Origin: Octopus vulgaris | Taxonomy: Eukaryota | Assembly (NCBI GenBank): GCA_951406725.2 | Contig: OX597831.1 | Location: 54,064,001-54,128,000, forward strand | Direction: 5' to 3' | DNA: 64,000 nt | Shown here: positions 51,880 to 64,000 of the stretch, piece after piece | Layout: the number at the start of each line of letters is the position of its first letter | Position numbering within the stretch: the stretch's first letter is position 1 | Made by a program: the position numbers and the translations under genes | The notes under the pieces: generated by a model | The model's input: the letters and a program-made list of their open reading frames with translations, nothing else | Databases searched by the model: none | What the model was told of the DNA's origin: nothing

Positions 51880-52300
51880 CTCTTTCTTTAGCTTTTTGTC
51901 TCTTTCCCTCCTTTTCTTTCTCCCCTTTTTTCCTCGCTTTCTTTCTTCCCCAATCCTGTTTGTTGTCCTCTCCTATCTCTTTTTTTTTTTCTTTTTGCCC
52001 CCCCCCCTGTTAATTCCCCCCTCTCCTTTTCTTTTTCCTTTTTATTTGCCCACTTGCCTCCTTCTGTTTACCCTTTCCTGTTATTTATTTTTGCTATCTT
52101 TCTCCCATTTTTATCACTTCTGTTTCTCTCCCTATTTTCTTACCCCCTCTACCACACCCACTCTTTGCTCTCTTTCTCTCTCACTCCTTTTCCCCACTTC
52201 TCTCTTTTCTCCTGTTCTTCCTCTTTCTGCTTTCTCCCTTTTCCCCCTCTCTCTCTCCTCCCTCCATCTCTCTTTAATTTTATTTCCTTTCTGTTCCTTT
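51880..52300. repeat. CT-rich low-complexity tract
   Basis: Visible directly. Confidence 0.9.
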
Positions 52301-54394
52301 TACATCAGCTCTCTTGCATGTTTTGCAAGAATTATTTAAATCATTGATATCAGCTTTTATTAACAATGATATTGAGGTTTTATAACAGTTGTAAACCTGC
52401 TAGCTGCAGTCAAGCATTCTCATACTTGATCTGGTTAATCTTAGTGCACAACCATGGTTCTTAAGCAATGGAGCTAAAAATATGTTTAGACAGACTGACT
52501 GTGTGTGTATGCTTCATGTTGAATGTTTCTTTTTGTAGTTCTGTCTGCTGTCATGCAACATAACTTCTTGCGTATTTCTGAAATATGTACAAGTTGTTAT
52601 ATAGCATTCTGTACACTAGCTAATCAATCTATATCTGACCTTCATAGAAAATCAATAATTCCTATCTATATCAATATTGATGAAAACTGAATTTTTCTTC
52701 ATATCTTTTTCTCCACTTTCTATTCCTGCATGTTGACACCTTTGTGTAGAAACACCAAATCAAATTGCTCAGAATTTTTTTTTTTTTTTTTAACACTAAC
52801 AAAATATATTATCACTAATTATTTTATGTCCAATTCCATTACTGTTTAAAATGATGTTGAATATAAAAATATTAAACAACATATGCTTCTTTTTGTATCT
52901 CATTTTCTTTTTGTGGGTGTTTGTATGTAAAAATATTGACTTTGTTTTGATAAATACTTAACACTCTTCCACACTAGCAGTTTGTGAGGGTGTCACTTTT
53001 CACACACACATGCATAATCAGATTTAATTTGATGGCCTAGATAAAGACATTCAGATGGGCAAAAAGTATTAATTTAATAATTACTTGCTAAGTTTTATCA
53101 AACTTTTGCTCAAATTTTCATTGTTTTGATATTCGTCAACAGGAAGTGTCAAATAGCAGAAAAATAAAACATTTTCAATTAATGTAGATTCTTGATCCTG
53201 TGTTTGTTCTTATAAAAGTATAGTTTAAATATTTCTTTAGCAATTCTATAAGATAGTGAAATGTTCTCGTTGGAAGCAAATGAGTAGATTATGTGTGAGT
53301 GTGGGTGGGGTTTCCAAACAACCTCATGATGTTACCTATAGTAAATTATTTATCTTCTGAAATTGAACATGATACTTTTATATTACCATAATTTGTTAGG
53401 TTTTTCTCTCTTCTATTTTAAATAACATCTTCCCATTGAAGATGTGTCTGTGTTGTAATAGAATCTCAGTGTACTAAATGTCTTCATATGATTTTCAAAA
53501 ATGTCTTGATATGCTATTTGATGAATGTCATTGCAATGAAAAACTTCGAGTAATGGAATAGTAGTTAATTATGTATGTGTATAAAGAAATAGACATATGG
53601 CTATCCGGTTAAGGTGCTAGACTGTTGATCACAAAGTTATAAGTCTCATGACTATAACAATTGATTTATCCTTATCTTTTGGTTCAGCTAGCCTGACTGA
53701 TAGCTAGTTTCACTTCTACTTAACACTTAAGCAGTTATGAAGGAAGGACATTCAGTTGTTGAAACAGTTGCTCCAGCAAAAACCAACACACTCATGGATG
53801 AAAACAGCCAAAAAAAAACAAAAAAAAACTTTTGTTTTATCAACACAATATATTGTAATTTGAGAATATCCATCAATTTACAATAACAACCTTACTGTAT
53901 AATCATTTATTTCTTACTAACTATCACTCAACCTTTTCTTCATTCGAGTAATTGTTTAACTCTACATCATTAAGAGTCAACAAGGAGTCTCTCTACATGG
54001 ACATTCAACTTGCTAGTAATAACAGTTAAATATCCTTTAGTTAACACCATACCATCTTAAAGGAAAGACACTGTGGATTATATAGTCTGGGGTACACTAT
54101 CGTTTAAAAGAAAAGTTAGTTGGTCACATTTAAAACACTTTGATCATGGACCTTTTTCCTCCAGAGCCAACCTGGGGCTAAAGAACAATTATACTTCTGT
54201 CATAGTAATTCAGTTTTAATATTAATTACCCAAGTAAATTATAGAAACATTTCAGACCTATACGTATGTTCAGGTACATGCATGTGTATGTCAGCACAAG
54301 TTATTGGCAAATGAATCCCTTTGTGTTTGGAAGCAGCAGTTGAGAAGTTGGGCTGGTGTAGAAGTAAATATCTTGCAAGAAAATATATGTTACA

Positions 54395-54710
54395 TTCTTT
54401 TATTTTACTGGTTTCAGTCACTGGACTTCAATCATACTGAGGTGTCATCAAAGGCTTAGTTGATCATATTGCCCCTCCCCTAGTACTTATTTTATTGATC
54501 TATATATTTTGAATTGTGAAGTTTGGCATTGTTTTCATACAATGCTGCTTCTTTAAACAATACTGGTTTTGGAGTAAATACAAACATGTATATACATGAC
54601 TCTTAAAGTGTCAATAGCTGTGGTAGGACACTAGCCAAGATGCTGTGCAGTGGGATCAAACCCAGAACCACTTACTTGCAAAGGAAATTCATCTGCTGTA
54701 CAACCATGTC
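54395..54710 (-). mobile_element. Degraded tRNA-derived SINE
   Basis: ttttactggtttcagtca...gtgggatcaaacccagaacc remnants. Confidence 0.6.
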
Positions 54711-55175
54711 AGTAATTCTGCCACAACTGTCAGATATTATAATTGCTTGTTTGCAATAATACTGTTCAAATGTAAATAATCTTTAGAAATCATTCAAGCT
54801 TTTAATTTTGTCATTTTCTTCTCTTAAGAGCATAGTATTTGAAGCATCAAAAATTATTAATAGTCATGATGGGGTTAAGAGAGAGGAAACAAGATGACTG
54901 ATGAGCAGCCAGTAAGTTTTGAATAGCAGAATTCCATTTAGGAGAAAGAGAGGACAGAGCATAACCTAACAGGAACTGGAGTGGTTGATGTTTAACCCTA
55001 GGTCAATATTGATAAAGTAGTTTTGTGTTCAAAGTTGGTTCAACCAAGACTGTCTTTTTATATATCAGGACTACATTTTCTAGTGTATCTTTCCATTTTA
55101 TGATAGTTAAGTGTCAATAGATTTTACTTCCTATTTCTAATTGGTTGAGTGATAATGTACAAGTTCTTTCTTTAA

Positions 55176-55394
55176 CCCTTTAGTGTTCAGATTGTTCTAT
55201 CAAACATAATGCTTATTGATTCCCATTGATTTGAATTAATCATGCATTATCTCATACCTTCAAGATCTTGATGGTGCAATTACTTAATGTAGAATAACAT
55301 TGTAGGGTAGGTGTGAGAACCTGGATCTGGTCAGTTTGAACATAAAACAGATTAACTATTTTGACCGGATATGGCCGGTTTAAATACTAAAGGG
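55176..55394. mobile_element. piggyBac-like MITE (inverted relative to 6090-6309)
   Basis: TTAA|CCCTTTAGTGTT...AATACTAAAGGG|TTAG; internal sequence is the reverse complement of the 6090 copy. Confidence 0.85.
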
Positions 55395-55949
55395 TTAGAG
55401 TTGTTTAACCCCAAATCAGCCCTGATTCAGCAGATCTATGATCAATCATTCCTGTCATAAATGGCTCATTCCACCCCCACCCCTCCGCCAAATTTTTTTC
55501 ACTTGTGACAAGATTATCCAATGTGTCCTCCTTTTTTAAGATGGTAGGATGAGATTTGACTGCTATTTTTTGTAGGTTGAGTGACTGTATAGGGGTTCTT
55601 ACATTGGATTGTGACTCATTATGGTTATTAGCTATACATGTAGTTATTTAGAACAATAGATAGCATGTCATCTTTATCGCTTAAAAGTCAGTGACTAAAA
55701 CTTTATCTTAATCAGTAAAGTGATAAAGCTGGTCTTTTGCCATGTTCTGTTTCTAGTAATTATAATTTTAATGGTAACTTTGACCAGTTATCTTTGAAAT
55801 AATGTTTTGTTTTTTGTTTGTTTATTATTTTTTCAAGACTCCATAGAGTTGTTTGTTTGTAGGTCATTTTGTTTTTTGTGGCAGAAAATGTGGAGTCATT
55901 CATGAAGTTTAGAATATTTAATTTTAATCTTATATTTAATTTGCAAGTA

Positions 55950-56167
55950 AGGCAGTAAGCTGGTAGAATCATTTGTGCACTAGGCAAAATGCTTAGTAGC
56001 ATTTTTGTCCATCTTTACATTCTGAGTTCAAATTCTACCAAGGTTGATTTTAGCTTTCATTCCTTTTGGGGTATATAAAATAAGTACCAGTTGAGCACTG
56101 GGGTTGATAAAATCGACTTTCTCCCTCCCTCAAAATTTTTGGCCTTGTGGCAAAATTTGAAGCCAAC
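55950..56167 (+). mobile_element. Full-length Nin/Deu-domain-type SINE with a perfect 16-bp TSD
   Basis: B-box-like gagttcaaatt; core gctttcattccttttggggtatataaaataagtacc; TSD atttaatttgcaagta at 55934-55949 and 56168-56183. Confidence 0.9.
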
Positions 56168-56808
56168 ATTTAATTTGCAAGTAGCTAAGACAGTATATGC
56201 TCTAAATAAAAAAAAATGTAAAATTATTTTTGGGCTCTCTCTCTCTTTCTCGCTTATGAGTTCAAATTCTGCAAGGTGTTTGATTTTGTCATTCTTTCTA
56301 GACAAAAAAATAAAATAAAGAATAACCAATAATATACTTGGATTAATCAGTTGTCTGCATCACTACTAAGCTTAGCTCTGTTATGTTTTGTAAGTATACC
56401 AATATTTACTCGCTGTTTATGTAAAGATATTGCACATATTATGCAATTAACTATTTTTTTTTTCATACTTTGCTACTTGCATTTATTTATTTTATCATAG
56501 ATTTGAATAATTCATTCAGCTTTGATCTGCTCAGAATAACTAAAACAAAAACTGAGACAAGACAAGCTAATGACTGATTTGGAATGCAATTCAAAATATT
56601 AATATTTTAGTCATTCAGTATTGCATATGTCTTTTACTGTCATTTACTCTTTCAAATTCCTTTCAGCCATATATATATATATAGTTTTACTAATGCAGTG
56701 TCATCTGTCTTTGTTTTATGTTTGCTTGTTTGTTTATTTTTTCTCACATCAAATATTTTCTTATGTAGTTTTACCTATTTAGTCTTGTTTGTTTATTTTC
56801 TTATTTAG

Positions 56809-56820
56809 ACATGGAAATTG
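56809..56820 (+). CDS. Candidate 12-nt microexon (ACATGGAAATTG)
   Basis: Long U-rich upstream region, gtttattttcttatttAG|, donor TTG|gtttgt, frame-preserving, CpG in the downstream flank. Confidence 0.3.
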
Positions 56821-56911
56821 GTTTGTGATGCGCTCTATAGCTTTTCCAGTTCCTACTAGTTAATGTTCGTTTTGGATCTTTAGTTGTCAATGATTGAAAG
56901 AAGAGAAAATA

Positions 56912-57194
56912 AGCATGGGGAGAGTATTGCAGAGAAGGTTTGTGAGTGAAGTGCTTAATGCATAATCAGTGGGGGTGACAGGAGAATGTATGTTTGATTG
57001 GAGGTGCTATGTTGTTAGAAAGTTCAGAAGATGAGTAAAGATTATTACGATAATGATTGAGAAAGCAGGGAGGATGCACTTGACAAATGGGCAATATGTA
57101 CAGTCTGTCTTTAATTATTTCTGTTCAACTAGCTTTGTTACACTTCCAAGATCACTCCCATTCACACTCTTGCAAGTACTCTGTCATACGTGCT
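56912..57194 (+). ncRNA. ~280-nt imperfect RNA hairpin
   Basis: Nested antiparallel helices agagta/tactct, ttgca/tgcaa, agtgggggtga/tcactcccatt, ttggaggtg/cacttccaa, cagaag/tttctg, taaagat/gtcttta; wobbles are G-U on +. Confidence 0.5.
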
Positions 57195-59224
57195 CATATT
57201 CACACTCTGGTGTACACACACATACATCCACACTTTAGCCTGAATACACACACAGACCTTTGCACTTTGGCATGCATACATGCACTTGGACTCAGCTACA
57301 TAGACACATTCTCTTGCTGGCACATCTATATGCACAGTTGTGCATTTACACGTGCCAGCATATTTACCTGCATGCTGACACATTTTCACACATACTGGTA
57401 CACTTTCTGTAACGCTCGCTCACTACCTTTCTTAGCTTTTAACTAACTAGTTTGCATATTGGGTTGTTATATTGGCATGAGTCCACACACTTGTAAGGAA
57501 ATGTCTTGACAGTTGAATCAACTATGTTATACGATTTATCAACTCTGGAAGATGAAAGGCTATGTTAGTTTGGATAGAATTTGAATGTAGAATGTTGAGT
57601 CAAAACTAAATACTCTACTGTTGACTTTGCTGTTTACTTGGTGCAATTTTGTGTAGTTTTTAAAGAAAAATATTATCTTTAAGCTTAATTAGCTATATTG
57701 TCATTAGATTTTACTGTTAACAAATGTCAGCACATCTTTTTTCTTTTTTTTTTTTTGTAGATTGCATATCTTGTTCTTAATTATTGCAATTGTTAGTTTT
57801 CAAGAACAAATAGTTTAACCCATTCATTCCAACATGTAAATGATATTTAGCTGTAAATCTTACTAAAAACTTAATACTGAAAAATTATTATTAGCATTAA
57901 CATCTCTATTAATGACCAGTGGTCTATAATTTTTTTTTCATTATTTTGACTTGAAATGTTCAATGAATATTTTAATTTGTGGGTGATATGTATAACCATG
58001 CAATTTATATAGGTAAAAATAAAATGTTATTTGTTTATCATTTTAACATTTCTTTCTTCTCTGTGCTGCCATGAGTCGGCCATGTCTGTACAACAAGTTT
58101 TTTTTTTTGTGTCTTATGCTGCTTATACAAAACCAGTCATCAATAAAGCCCAATACATAGAATTGGTTTTGCCACTTGATATATGATTATATACAATTTT
58201 ATTCTAAAAAATATACTGTCATTTATTTTGTTCTTTTTATGTAATTTCTTGCTTCCTTGGCTGATTTTGTTGTATTGATCAATATGAAGACATCTGAATG
58301 AGAAACTAAACATATAAACTAGGGGAATGTCTGGGAGGGCAGGGTCTGCTAATGCTTCTATTGCTGCAAGACTTCTTTTTCTTTTCTTTTCTTTTTCTCT
58401 GTTTCTGTTTTTTTCTTATTGCTTTCCTCTTTAAGCTATCTATAGATGTATATCAGCATTCTGCATCTGACAGCAACAATGTTTTACACATGCTGCATTA
58501 TCCTTTGGATGAGACTTATTTCCTATTCAGTCTTTGATCGACCCAGTTTCTTAAATACAAAAATAAGAAGCAAAAAACTGTGACTATTTATAAAGTACAT
58601 TCACATCCATACTGTCTTCATTTATTATTTAACTTCTACTTGTACATTGTGTTGAAGTATGTAGATTTATTCTCTGTTAGTTTTTTTAAACAAGTAAATA
58701 TTCTTATGTACAATATCTCCACAATTATTGTCCACTTTTTATTTTTACTGATATCATACACTTTCCTTCTGAAGTCTGTTTCAATACTTCTATTTCTTTC
58801 ACACACAAATATTCAGCTCATTCTAGAAACTGTGCACTATAAAATCATCTCTTGACATGTTTTTCTTTTTTTTTTTCCTTCTCTTCAGCTGCAGAGAATT
58901 AATTTCTATTAAAATTTTCAATATCTCATTCAGGGTTATTTCCCATTTTATAAACATCTAACTAAACCTATTATACAGAAACATATGCAAAACTATTTTC
59001 TAATTATTGATGGATGGTAATCTAGTAATAGTATTAACTTGGAATAGCTTTAATTTCTGTCAGTACTAATCTGGTTAGTCAAACCAAGTTAATCCAAACC
59101 CACAAACGCAAAACAGGTGGCTACATGCTGATAACAGATATATCAAATTAAAATTTAAACAGATATTTCCAAAATAGTTTTTTTTTCTTACCTGAGATAC
59201 CAAGATATATGTGTGTGTGTGTGC

Positions 59225-59645
59225 GGAGGTATAGTTGTGTGATTAATAAGTTTGTATTGCAAATATGTGGTTTTGTGTTGAATATTAACCTGAGTGAAAT
59301 TTGGTAGACAGAAACTGTAGAAAAGCCCATTGTGTGTGTGTATGACACACACACACATATATACACATGTGCCTCATATGGACTCCTCTGAATGCATCTC
59401 AGTTTTTCTAAATTGAAGTATAACTCAGAAGAAAGGTTTGACAAATAATTATAGACAATTATAATTCAGTGTTGTGACAGGTATGTTTGTGTTGGTGTAA
59501 AAACAGGATGGTTAAAAATATTGCTTGGCATCTGAACAAATGTGTAGCCATAAAATAAGTACCTAAGTCTTTCTGATAAATAATAACTCTTGAAAGCAGT
59601 GCCCCAAGATGACCACAATCCAATGATTGAAGTTATAAAAAGAAA
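59225..59645 (+). mobile_element. Degraded tRNA-derived SINE pieces
   Basis: gaaatttggtagacagaaactg and gcagtgccccaagatgaccacaatccaatgattgaag match the 4385 family. Confidence 0.65.
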
Positions 59646-61371
59646 ATATGGTGTCCCAGTTTAATTCCTACTTGGTTTTTCTGTATAGGTAATACTAAGG
59701 AAGGCAAAGTTAACCTGTCTTTCCATCTATTTTGAAGTAGCATTTTTATGTACACACCTGCACCTTTGTGTGTGTGTGTGTACACACACATACAATATGT
59801 ATGTGTTAGGGTTAATCTGATACCTGGTTCAATACCACCACCTACCCTTGGGCATCTTTAGGTACAGTGGACATTGTTGCAAACATTTTAGCTAGGTTTT
59901 CTGCCTATAATATTTTATGAAAAATTAATTTTGTCTAATCTGCAACATCTAAAAAAAAAATATACCATGTAGAATATTCGTAAATATTTTAAAATTTCAA
60001 ATGAAAAGGGATTAAAAAAATATCTAGATGTTTAGGCTTTGATATGTAATTATTATTTTTTTTAATTAGAACTGCAATATCAAATTACAAGTAGTCTGTT
60101 TTGCTTTACTTGTTATTCAGGTCATAGATTCATTTTCAATTATCTTAAATCCACTTCCTTATAATGATTTTAAGATTTTCTGTGTGCTTTTAATTTATAA
60201 TTAATTTTGCTGTTAAATGATCATTGGTGTATTTTATAGAAATTTTGTTATACTAGCACATAAGTCTCCAATATTTTTATGTTTAGCTTATGGTTTTGTG
60301 CTAGCATCAAATATGTATTTTCAGTTCTCATTTTTACTCTCTTTGAAATCTTACCAATACTTTCATATATCACTTGATGCTATTATTTCCATCCACACAG
60401 CCTTACCATATCTGTAAGTCATATTTAGTAGATACTCTCTCTCTTAAATTTGTTCGTCTACAACTGTTACTAAGTTTTGCTTCTAAATATGTATCATCCA
60501 TAATTATATATTCTTGAAATAGTCCCCCTCCCACTTCCTTTGTAAGTTTTAAAATTTCAACATCGCTCTCTCATCTGCTCTGGTCTGGTTTTCAAATGAA
60601 ATTATACTTTGGGCAAAACATTCCAAGTTTTGGAGAAATTATGAAAAATATCAATTTATATTTCATTTTAAGACTCAGTCAATTGAAATTTGCAAAAAAA
60701 AAGAAAAAAAAACTTTGTTAAAAATTTGTAAAGATTTAATTACTTTGAAACCCATGGTGTCTTGCATCACTTGCTACAGGCAGAATTTGTCTTAAATACC
60801 GACTTTATTTATATATTGGTTGCACATCAACAATGTAGTATATTTTATTTATTTAATATTAAAAAAAAAAGTATGTTATTAATATAAGCATAATTCATGT
60901 CTTCCCTGTACTACTGAACATAGTAAATATTATTATATGAGAGATAGAGAGAATGGGAAACAATCTACCTTTCACTTTTAGTGATTTTGTGTTGTAAATG
61001 TTTTCTCAAGTGGGTTTCATGAAATCTACTGAATTAATGGATAGGTTAGAATGTAATGTGAAATGGAGAAGTAAGACATTTAGCTGCTGTCCACTTATCT
61101 ATGAGTTTGTTGTTATTGATGTACTAGCCACAGTGAAAACATTGTAATTCAGATTGTAACAATGAAAGGGTTTTTCACAGGTTAACTAATGGTTTATTAT
61201 TGTGATGACTATCACAGAGGACAGTGTCCATCAAGTTAACTTGATCATACATTTAAATGTATGCTGTATAAAATGACTGTCATACAGGTCCAAACAATAA
61301 TATTGATCAATGTCAGGATCAGGTGTAAACTTGACAGAGAAACAATTAGTTGACAGTTGAAGTATCTAGGT

Positions 61372-62108
61372 CAGTGGTTCTCAGCCATTCATAGCTCAGT
61401 GACCCCTCTCACCAGATTGCATTTTACAAACACCCTTTCACGTTTTGCAGCATAAAAAATAGTCTAATCAAGCAAAAGCCAACCCAACACAATGGTGTAT
61501 TATTGTCTCCCCTCCCCCCAGCATTTGGCCTTTAGATATTTGCATAGACTAGTGTGCCCTATGTTAATTTTTCATGCAAATTAGTAAAGGTAAAAAACTT
61601 ACTGAAATTATATTCCTTGGCACAAAGTCATGTTTCTGCTCACGGATGACACAGTGTGCTATTCATATTTTAAGCTCAACAAAGATCTCTGTGAAAAAAT
61701 ATGTTAAAATATAAGTAGTATATTTGATTTAAATATTTTATTTTTAAGAAAATCATGACCTGATTGCAGATGACCACAAAGTGAGTTGTTTTTGTTATTT
61801 TTTCTCCCTTTCTTCCACTAGTCACAGAGGTCTGGTACAAACATTATGGCTATCTTTCCCTGATAAGCCATTAAAAAAAATTCGAAACAATTTCCAAAGA
61901 AATTAAGATCAAAATAGCTATCTGCATAGAAATGGCTAGTAAGATATTTCTCAAAGTTTATTGGGTTAATCTGAAGATTTATTTAATCCAGTAGATTTTA
62001 AACTTGGTAATTAAGAACCATTTACCTGTCCAAGTTAAGAACCCAGTGGCCCTTAATGAGCTCACATTGCACCCAAGAGGACACTGCTACCTGGGTTAGG
62101 AACCACTG
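61372..62108. mobile_element. hAT (Charlie-like) non-autonomous element
   Basis: TIRs CAGTGGTTCTCAGCC / GGTTAGGAACCACTG; 8-bp TSD atctaggt / gtccaggt. Confidence 0.8.
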
Positions 62109-62244
62109 GTCCAGGTGAACATTCAGATTAATCATTAAACTTTAAGTGTCTCTCCTTTGATTTTCCTGTGCAGATGAGTACTTTGATGTTAATTTGTTTG
62201 TAAACAAGCTATGAAGGTGATAGTTGTTGTCTTTTTTTTTACAG

Positions 62245-62304
62245 CTTATCAGAAAAGAAAGGACAGTGCTCATGATCCTTTTGCTATGCCTCTGAGATTG
62301 GAGG
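62245..62304 (+). CDS. Candidate 60-nt phase-1 cassette exon (xYQKRKDSAHDPFAMPLRLE)
   Basis: Acceptor gtc-T9-acAG|, donor AGG|gtaaaa (alternative gtaaga 10 nt downstream), length divisible by 3, only the phase-1 frame is open. Confidence 0.4.
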
Positions 62305-62384
62305 GTAAAAGAGAGTAAGAAATCTCAACTCCTGGAAACTCTGTTAAAGGCACCTAAAAGCCAGGTGGTGATGTTAAATTAGGT

Positions 62385-62515
62385 CATAGTTTCTGTCTCT
62401 CAAGTTTCATTCACACAACTTGGGTTGATTCAAGGTTATGGAAGAGGACACTTGCCTTACATACCGTGGGATTGAACTTGGAATCACATGATTGCTAAAA
62501 AAATTTCTTAACCTC
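62385..62515 (-). mobile_element. Degraded tRNA-derived SINE head
   Basis: gacacttgcc...gtgggattgaacttggaatcacatg. Confidence 0.6.
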
Positions 62516-64000
62516 AATATCCTGACATATAGAAATTACATTCGCTCACTTATTGATTTTATCATGATATATTCAGGGATTTAAGTTATCTTGTAAATTC
62601 AATTAAGGTTTCATGATACATTTATAAGACATTTTAAGCTGGTGAATTAGCTGAGTTATTAGAAAGTTGGATCAAATGACTTGTAGTATTTATTCCTGCT
62701 CTCTAAACTCCGTGTTCAAATCACACAGAGATTTACTTCATCTTTTATGATATCCATCCATCAATATAAAAAAAAATACCAGTTCAGAATGGTGGATTAG
62801 CAGAAGTGTTAGTGTTGAACAGGATACCTTGCAATAGCTGTTCTGACTCATTGCCTTTCCTTGGGACATCAGTAGTGTGAAGAGAGTATACATCGACACT
62901 GCTTGTCTTCCACACACAAGAAAAAAAAAAACATTTCCCTGACCTCTGCATACATGTGTAGATGTATGATCAAGTTTGTTTGATGGAGACTCTAGAAGGT
63001 ATTAGATTTGTTTAAACTTAATTTACTGTAGAGGTATAAAGAAACACAAGTGTCAAGATATTAAGAATTTAGGGTGTGTTTTTTTGTTTTGTTTTCTCCA
63101 TTTGCTGTTAAATTTAAGAACCTGGATATTTTTGTTTAATCTTTGACAACATAAAGTTAACTATAAATGCTCTACTTCCAAACTAAGGATGAGAACTAAC
63201 CAAATATGCCAGGAGTGTTTCTATTGATTGCTTGATAGCATGCAATATTCTAAAACAAACAGTTAAATATTCCAAAGTCAGAAGGCGTTTAGTAGGGTTG
63301 TCTTTGACAGCTCACTCATGTCTATGTTACTTTGAAAATGTTTCTGTCTCTTGTTTGTTTCCTTGTTAACAAGTTTTGTAGTATTAAGCATAAATTTATT
63401 AAAAATACATTTGAAAATCTCCAAAATTTAAGTATACCATGATATCTTGCACAGGTATGAAACTTCATGAGAGAAATATTGTTTGAAGTGGTTCTCTTCT
63501 AAATACATTAACTGAAATAATTGCAACTGAAAATTGAAAGCAAATCAAATTTCTAATAGTTATGAACTTCTGCTGCATCTCCACATCCACCAAAAACAAT
63601 TATGTAACTCTAACACCTGTTACCAATAATGGAAAAATCATATAACTGATATTCTACTTTTCATCTTTTTGCTATTTCATGTTTTGAGAATTAGATTAAA
63701 GAAAATTAATACTGACTCTTTATGTCTAAGAATATATAATGCAAATTAATGTTCTTGATTAGTTACATGATCAATGTGAAAGCCTCCTTTGTATAGAAAA
63801 GAAAACAGGTGATTAGTGATGAGGTTTTGCATTGACATTCTCCAGAGACTTATTTGAATTAGAAATTGCAAAGGAAAGTTTGATGTGGCTTTTAATTAAG
63901 GAACACATTAAGGTTTTTGAGATGTGTGCTGTCTGAAAATCTTCTATCACTAAAAGCATCAATCCAGGATTGTGGATTGATAGAACAATTAGGACATTGG

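Noticed and set aside
54898-54940. CTGATGAG, the hammerhead ribozyme core
   Set aside because: No correctly placed GAAA or closing helices found

Overview
This is AT-rich eukaryotic DNA with no long intact ORF. The repeat content resembles, from my recall rather than a database hit, an Octopus/coleoid cephalopod genome: tRNA-derived SINEs with an internal (TA)n, Nin/Deu-domain SINEs, RTE-type LINE pieces with (ATG)n tails, and large (TA)/(CA)/(CT) microsatellites. The window reads as the intronic interior of a large gene transcribed on the + strand. It holds decayed RTE LINE fragments, two decayed Gypsy LTR-retrotransposon pieces (gag; integrase), a mariner 5' fragment, hAT- and piggyBac-type MITEs and many SINE copies. 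Nearly all ORFs in the supplied track are microsatellite or TE noise. Three non-TE signals stand out: (i) long RNA hairpins in unique sequence whose imperfections are almost all G-U wobbles on the + strand (best at 50050-50179, 33510-33632, 56912-57194, 3717-3868 and 10805-10892); (ii) small candidate + strand cassette exons/microexons, several open only in phase 1 and two of them just upstream of a long hairpin; (iii) a perfect 57-bp palindrome that apparently arose by template switching inside a dead Gypsy gag. The host gene could not be identified. All pairings were worked out by eye, with no folding or homology search run.
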